Below are positions 58,832 to 64,000 of a DNA stretch of 64,000 nt, piece after piece. The position numbers were made by a program, and so were the translations under genes. The notes under the pieces were generated by a model. It did not search any database. It was not told the origin of the DNA and saw only the letters and a program-made list of their open reading frames with translations. Position 1 is the stretch's first letter; each line of letters starts with the position of its first letter. The DNA comes from Crocinitomicaceae bacterium (lineage in GTDB: Bacteria; Bacteroidota; Bacteroidia; Flavobacteriales_D; Crocinitomicaceae). The stretch lies in NCBI GenBank assembly GCA_965247975.1, contig OZ252050.1:420555-484554 (forward strand), given 5' to 3'.

Positions 58832-58858
58832 AAAAAAAGACCGCCGAAGCGATCTTTT
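58832..58858 (-). terminator. Rho-independent terminator after 58880-59656
   Basis: Minus strand AAAAGATCGC-TTCG-GCGGTCTTTTTTT. Confidence 0.7.
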
Positions 58859-58879
58859 CATTTTTAATATTGAGTGAAA

Positions 58880-59656
58880 TTAGTGACGAACCATTAATTT
58901 CTTCGTAATTGTCTTTTTATTGTCACCTTCTATTGTTACGAAGTAAACACCATTTTTGAAATCAGCAACACCAATTTTAGATGTAGCGTTAATTTCTTTT
59001 GTATAAACAACATTTCCAAGAACGTCTACTATTCTAACTTTAGCACCATCAACACCTTCTAGCGTAACATTCACAAATTCAGACGCTGGGTTTGGAGAAA
59101 TTGACATCGAAGCCGCTGGTTTTTCTTCCACTGACAAAGAATAATTAAAAACAACGAACAAAGAATCTTCATAAGTTCCAGTTGTTGCCTCCGTTACATA
59201 ATATTTGTAAGTTGCTGTTCCGTAGGATGAAAAATTTGGCTTAACCACAGGTTTCATTTCAGCAAGTGCATTTGGCACACTTGGCACAGATGCCGTGGTA
59301 GTTCCATTTAAAATAGTTGGAGCAGGATCGAAATTTGCTGGATCATGCGGTGTTTGAAAGAAATTACCAGCGCTATTTGTAATATAACATGTCGGTGGCC
59401 AACACAAATCGTCCAACCAGCCTGCCGGCGTACTGCGCACTCTTGTAATTCTATATTGTTTATCCATTCCACTCACATTTTTTACTACGAAGTGAGCTTC
59501 CCAAGGAGTTTCAACTGTGATAACTGCTGGATCAACATCTACATAAATTGTTGTTCCAGAAATATCTGTTGTACCAGATCCTTCGTATATCTCAACCTGA
59601 GAAAAAGAAAGGAAACTAGTTGAACATAAAAGAGAAAAAAGTATGTTTTTTTTCAT
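58880..59656 (-). CDS. T9SS type A sorting domain protein
   Basis: Signal peptide; C-terminal ISPNPASEFV...IVDVLGNVV...GVYFVTI...KKLMVRH. Confidence 0.85.
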   Translation of the reverse strand: MKKNILFSLLCSTSFLSFSQVEIYEGSGTTDISGTTIYVDVDPAVITVETPWEAHFVVKNVSGMDKQYRITRVRSTPAGWLDDLCWPPTCYITNSAGNFFQTPHDPANFDPAPTILNGTTTASVPSVPNALAEMKPVVKPNFSSYGTATYKYYVTEATTGTYEDSLFVVFNYSLSVEEKPAASMSISPNPASEFVNVTLEGVDGAKVRIVDVLGNVVYTKEINATSKIGVADFKNGVYFVTIEGDNKKTITKKLMVRH

Positions 59657-59860
59657 GTGTATTTGTTTTTATTTTTGATAGATAGCAAACATTATTCCAA
59701 CAAATTTAAAGAAATACAAGGATATAAAAAAACAATTGGGCAATTTATATTGGATTCCTAAAAACTTAATACGTTTTCAAATGCCAAATCAGCTCATTTT
59801 TGAAGTTAGGATTCCAAGAGCTTTGTTCTTTCTTTTGATTTTTTTTGTCAAAAATTGATT

Positions 59861-59868
59861 TATCTTTG
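59861..59868 (+). promoter_or_regulatory. Bacteroidota -7 promoter element upstream of the TlpA gene
   Basis: TATCTTTG. Confidence 0.55.
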
Positions 59869-59914
59869 AACTTTGGCAGGTTTATTGATTTCACTGCTCA
59901 ATAAAATTAAAACT

Positions 59915-60430
59915 ATGAAAAAATTATTGACTTTCGCATTGGCATTCACTGCATTTTTTAACACAATCGCTCAAGAAAAAACAACCGATGCTGGGGATTT
60001 GAAAAAATTGCCAAGCGTTTCTTTAAAAGATATGAATAACAAAACAGTGAATACCGCAGCCTTGGGTTTTGATGGACCTGTGGTAATTAGTTTTTGGGCA
60101 ACTTGGTGTTCACCATGCAAAAAAGAACTAAACACGATTCATGACCTTTATGCTGATTGGCAAGAAGAAACAGGAGTAAATCTTGTTGCTGTTTCAATCG
60201 ATGATGAAAAAACCAAAAATTCAGTGCCTGTTTATGTTAATGGAAAAGGATGGGAATATTTGGTGCTTATGGATCCAAATGGCGACTTCAAAAGAGCGAT
60301 GGGAGTAAATAATGTACCTCATACGTTTTTAATTGATCAAGACGGAACGATCGTTTATTCACACAATAATTATGCTCCAGGCGACGAAGAGCATTTGTAT
60401 GAAGAGATTCTTAAATTAATCAAAAAATAA
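59915..60430 (+). CDS. TlpA-family thiol-disulfide oxidoreductase
   Basis: SFWATWCSPCKKEL, VPHTFLID; ATG at 59915 gives the signal peptide MKKLLTFALAF. Confidence 0.9.
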   Translation: MKKLLTFALAFTAFFNTIAQEKTTDAGDLKKLPSVSLKDMNNKTVNTAALGFDGPVVISFWATWCSPCKKELNTIHDLYADWQEETGVNLVAVSIDDEKTKNSVPVYVNGKGWEYLVLMDPNGDFKRAMGVNNVPHTFLIDQDGTIVYSHNNYAPGDEEHLYEEILKLIKK

Positions 60431-60477
60431 TAGGTTAGAAGAATTTAATGCGCCTGAAATGGCGCTTTTTTTATTTT

Positions 60478-62181
60478 ATGAAAAAATTACTTGTACTTGC
60501 TGTTTCGATTTTCGGAACTTTTCATCTTTTTGGCCAGTTGGATAAAGGCAACTTTAGTGGCAATTTGGAATCAACCTTTCAATACTTGAACGATGATACG
60601 CTCATCGGTGCTACACAACCCCCGTCAAAAGGGCTTTTGAATTCTTACATGAATGTATTTTATACTCATGGGCATTTTAAAGCAGGGTTGCGATTCGAAT
60701 CTTATTTACCTAGAATTCAAGGGTATCCAAATAATTTTGATGGAACAGGGATCGGTATGAGATATGCAGGATATGAGAATAAATTTTTCGATGTGACTGT
60801 CGGAAATTTCTACGAACAGTTTGGCACTGGACTTACTTTGAGAATATACGAAAATCGTGCACTTGGATACGACAATATGTTGGATGGTGTGAAAGTGAAA
60901 ATTACACCGTTTAAAGGAATTGAAGTAAAAGGAGTGTATGGTTATCAACGCTTAGGTTTTATTGGTGGAAGATTGGATTACAGTCCAGGAATCGTTCGTG
61001 GATTCGATGGGGAAATTCATCTGAACGAAACATTCACAAAATTGGCAGATAAAAAATTAGATGTAACTCTTGGAGGTTCTTTCGCAAGTAAATACCAAAA
61101 AGATGATAATCCTGATTTAGTATTGCCAGAAAATGTCGGAAGTTATGGTGGTCGATTAAAATTGAGATACAGCCGCTTTACATTAGAAGGTGAGTACGTG
61201 ATCAAAGAACAAGATCCATCTGCTGACAATGGAAACATTTATAATTATGGACATGCTACAGTTATTAATGCTGGTTATTCTCAAAAAGGACTTGGAATAT
61301 TGCTTTCTGCCAAATCGGTGGATAACATGAGTTACCGTTCAGATAGAAATCAGCAATTGCAAAATGTGTTGATTAATTATTTGCCATCGCTCAACAAAAC
61401 ACATACGTACAATCTAGTGTCATCTCTTTATCCTTATGCTACACAACCTACTGGCGAAATCGCTTTTCAAGGTGAATTGCTTTGGACCATTAAAAAGGAC
61501 ACAAAACTAGGAGGGAAATATGGAACAACGATTGGAATAAACTATTCTTCGGCGTATGTTCCGATGCGTCACACTTCAGGTGTCAATCCAGCAGATTCTA
61601 CTGGAGTTGCATACAAAACGACGCCATTCGATATGAGTGACAGCTTGCTTTGGAGAGATTTCAATGTGAATATTACAAAGAAGTTTACAAAGAATTTCAA
61701 CTTGGCAATAAGTTATTTTAATATTGTCTTAAACAACGATATTGCCACTGTTACAAAGGTGAAAGGAAATATTTATACAAATACTTGGGTTGTTGAAGCC
61801 GGATTCAAATTCAAAAATAAATCCTCACTGCGCGTTGAAGCACAATACATGCTTGTAAACCGAGTTGATTCTCTTGAGAATAGGGTGAAAATAGGAACTT
61901 CGGGATCTTCCGCAACAGATTATGGTGATTGGGCAACCGGTGTTCTTGAATATACATTCAATTCTCATTGGTATGCAAGTGTCATGGATCAATACAATCT
62001 TGGAAGTAAAAAACATGGCTCGGAACATCACCCATATTTAACTGTTGGTTATATCCGAGATGCTACAAGATTTACAGCGTCATATGGGAGACAAAGAGCT
62101 GGAATGTTCTGTGTTGGCGGAGTTTGTCGTCCAGTGCCTGCTTCGAATGGTTTAACATTGTCAATTACACATAGTTTTTAA
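60478..62181 (+). CDS. DUF6029-like outer-membrane protein
   Basis: Signal peptide from ATG 60478; GNFYEQFGTG; C-terminal GRQRAGMFCVGGVCRPVPASNG. Confidence 0.75.
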   Translation: MKKLLVLAVSIFGTFHLFGQLDKGNFSGNLESTFQYLNDDTLIGATQPPSKGLLNSYMNVFYTHGHFKAGLRFESYLPRIQGYPNNFDGTGIGMRYAGYENKFFDVTVGNFYEQFGTGLTLRIYENRALGYDNMLDGVKVKITPFKGIEVKGVYGYQRLGFIGGRLDYSPGIVRGFDGEIHLNETFTKLADKKLDVTLGGSFASKYQKDDNPDLVLPENVGSYGGRLKLRYSRFTLEGEYVIKEQDPSADNGNIYNYGHATVINAGYSQKGLGILLSAKSVDNMSYRSDRNQQLQNVLINYLPSLNKTHTYNLVSSLYPYATQPTGEIAFQGELLWTIKKDTKLGGKYGTTIGINYSSAYVPMRHTSGVNPADSTGVAYKTTPFDMSDSLLWRDFNVNITKKFTKNFNLAISYFNIVLNNDIATVTKVKGNIYTNTWVVEAGFKFKNKSSLRVEAQYMLVNRVDSLENRVKIGTSGSSATDYGDWATGVLEYTFNSHWYASVMDQYNLGSKKHGSEHHPYLTVGYIRDATRFTASYGRQRAGMFCVGGVCRPVPASNGLTLSITHSF

Positions 62182-62192
62182 TTCATAATAGC

Positions 62193-63146
62193 ATGAAAGC
62201 AAAAATATTTTTAAGTTTTTTAATTCTCACGATCGTTACAGTTTCATCTTGCGACAAAGTAGAGAATATTTATCCTGAAGCTGTTGTAACAGAACTGGAC
62301 ACAACACTTTATGACGGAAATTGGAGTGATTATTTGGCAAATGAATGGCCAGACTTTAACACAATTACTGCATCGCCTTTGAGAAATGCTTTGATTGAGG
62401 ATTTCACTGGTCACAATTGTTCTAATTGTCCAAGTGCAGCAGTGGTTGCGCATAGTTTACATGAAGGTAATCCCAATCGCATTTTTGTAGCTTCAATTCA
62501 TTCATCAGCGGTTGGAATGAGTAATTTTCAGCAAGTAACTGCTCAATACAATGTAGATTTTACAAATGCGAACGGTTTGGAATTAGGTACTTTTTTCGGA
62601 AGTATCGCTGGGAGCGGTTTTGCTGGAAATCCGTCAGGAACAGCAAACAGAATTAAAGCTGGAAGTGCTTTCTTTTATCCTTCTGCTGGTTGGGGACCAA
62701 AATCAAGTGAAGCACTTGCCTCGACATTGAAGGTCGCTATCAAATCAAAACTGAATTATTACCCAACAACAAAGGGAGCATTTGTACACACAGAAGTAGA
62801 AGTATTAGATAATTCGCTGACGAATGAATTGGCTATGTCTATTTATCTTATTCAAGATTCCATGGTTGCACCACAAAATGTTTCAAGCACGTTTACCCCA
62901 GATTATGTTCACCGCGACATCCACTTGAAAAATATTGATGGTCAGACGTTCGGAAGAACTTTAACTCCAGCACTTCTTAATAATGGTAAATATTATTTGA
63001 ATTACAGTTTTGTAGTTCCAAATGAACTTGCACCTGTTGGTTCTACAGGAGCATACAACGCTGAAAATATGCATGTATTGATTTATGTGTACGATAAAGT
63101 GACGAATGAAATTTATCAAGTAGTTAAAGAGAAATTTGTTCCTTAA
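62193..63146 (+). CDS. Omp28-related outer-membrane lipoprotein
   Basis: Lipobox VSSC; IEDFTGHNCSNCP; YVHRDIH. Confidence 0.8.
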   Translation: MKAKIFLSFLILTIVTVSSCDKVENIYPEAVVTELDTTLYDGNWSDYLANEWPDFNTITASPLRNALIEDFTGHNCSNCPSAAVVAHSLHEGNPNRIFVASIHSSAVGMSNFQQVTAQYNVDFTNANGLELGTFFGSIAGSGFAGNPSGTANRIKAGSAFFYPSAGWGPKSSEALASTLKVAIKSKLNYYPTTKGAFVHTEVEVLDNSLTNELAMSIYLIQDSMVAPQNVSSTFTPDYVHRDIHLKNIDGQTFGRTLTPALLNNGKYYLNYSFVVPNELAPVGSTGAYNAENMHVLIYVYDKVTNEIYQVVKEKFVP

Positions 63147-63276
63147 AAATAGGTGCTGAATTTGGAAAATCAGAAAAGTTTGATGCGTTAAAATTGACTG
63201 TTTTGCTTTTTTAACATTTCTGTACACTTTTTATTTCTTTCTTTCGTTAACTTAGTTGTGTTAAAATGCAAGAGAG

Positions 63277-63486
63277 ATGTTAGAACTCACAAAAAAAATC
63301 CTAAAAAAAGTAAGCTTTGATGCTTTTTTGTTCCAAAAAGAACTCAATAAAGCGCTCAAATGGATTACGGATGCTGAAGAAGTTCAGCGTTTTAGAGAAT
63401 GGTGCATCGTTGAATTTGGATCGGTCTATCCAACCATCATTTCAAGCACCTTTGCCGCTTATCGGCTAAAAGAAGTTAAGTCATAA
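63277..63486 (+). CDS. Small conserved-looking Bacteroidota hypothetical protein
   Basis: MLELTKKILKKVSFDAFLFQKELNKALKW; followed by a terminator. Confidence 0.65.
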   Translation: MLELTKKILKKVSFDAFLFQKELNKALKWITDAEEVQRFREWCIVEFGSVYPTIISSTFAAYRLKEVKS

Positions 63487-63492
63487 ACCAAT

Positions 63493-63518
63493 GGGGAACT
63501 GAAAAGTTCCCCTTTTTT
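63493..63518 (+). terminator. Rho-independent terminator
   Basis: GGGGAACT-GAAA-AGTTCCCC-TTTTTT. Confidence 0.8.
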
Positions 63519-63717
63519 ATTCTGTTTGTAGTTGAAATTCATCCACTTCTATCTTATCGGGCATATTTGATTGCCTTTTTGCTAAGGAATAGCGGATGAA
63601 AACAAACATACTTATGACAACTATAATGTAAAATGCAATCTTTAATAAATACATTTTTCGATACTTCGGCAACGTATATTTCTTAAAATCAATTTTTCGA
63701 TTTTCATTCATGACCAT
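63517..63717 (-). CDS. Small single-TM hypothetical protein
   Basis: 66 aa with one hydrophobic segment; convergent on the terminator; divergent from galE. Confidence 0.45.
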   Translation of the reverse strand: MVMNENRKIDFKKYTLPKYRKMYLLKIAFYIIVVISMFVFIRYSLAKRQSNMPDKIEVDEFQLQTE

Positions 63718-63750
63718 AAATTAAACCAAATTATTTTAACTTTGTTTCAA

Positions 63751-64000
63751 ATGTCAACAAACAAAAACATCCTTGTAACTGGTGGTGCTGGTTTTATTGG
63801 TTCACACACGGTTGTTAAACTCGTCGAAGCTGGTTTCTTGCCCTATATTCTTGACGATTTCAGGAATTCTGAGAAAGATGTTATTCAACGTTTGGAAAAA
63901 ATCACAGGTGTTAAGATTCCGTTTTTTGCAATTGATGTTTGCGACAAGGACGCTATTTCTAAAGCACTTAATGGAATAGAATTTACTGGAGTGATTCATT
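63751..64000 (+). CDS. galE: UDP-glucose 4-epimerase, 5' part (runs off the window)
   Basis: ATG at 63751: MSTNKNILVTGGAGFIGSHTVVKLVEAG...DVCDKDA...GVIH; TAACTTTG -7 element at 63737-63744; absent from the ORF track because no stop falls inside the window. Confidence 0.88.
   Translation, partial: MSTNKNILVTGGAGFIGSHTVVKLVEAGFLPYILDDFRNSEKDVIQRLEKITGVKIPFFAIDVCDKDAISKALNGIEFTGVIH

Noticed and set aside
63782-63999. ORFs 63782-63979 (+) and 63802-63999 (-)
   Set aside because: Alternate frames of the real galE gene, which starts at 63751

Overview
AT-rich chromosomal segment of a Bacteroidota bacterium. The evidence is TAnnTTTG -7 promoter motifs, several T9SS cargo proteins and the gene content; a Flavobacteriales/Crocinitomicaceae-like host is inference. 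The housekeeping backbone includes era, der, a Ppx/GppA phosphatase, asd, mutS, a TrmH methyltransferase, the methionine-salvage genes mtnB, an mtnD-mtnC fusion and mtnA, rplU-rpmA, cysQ, the 5' part of galE and three tRNAs (fMet, Leu-TAA, Gly-GCC). Accessory regions: (1) 1.4-5.7 kb, a co-oriented array of HEPN, HEPN, RES and two small genes separated by eroded attC-like palindromes, a candidate defence cassette array; (2) a five-copy 115-bp non-coding hairpin array at 9.0-9.6 kb; (3) a 5.5-kb integrase-less island after tRNA-fMet, bounded by a 33-bp direct repeat, carrying a Hachiman-like nuclease/helicase pair and a papain-fold/MORN protein; (4) a highly structured ~400-nt non-coding stretch between convergent genes at 22.1-22.5 kb, a candidate ncRNA; (5) a four-gene exported protease operon (papain-MORN, WD40-caspase, M48-TPR, MORN); (6) tRNA-Gly 5' relics carrying palindromic insertions in the D-arm. 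No integrase, transposase, cas gene, CRISPR array or rRNA was seen. All domain calls come from motif recognition by eye; no database search was run.
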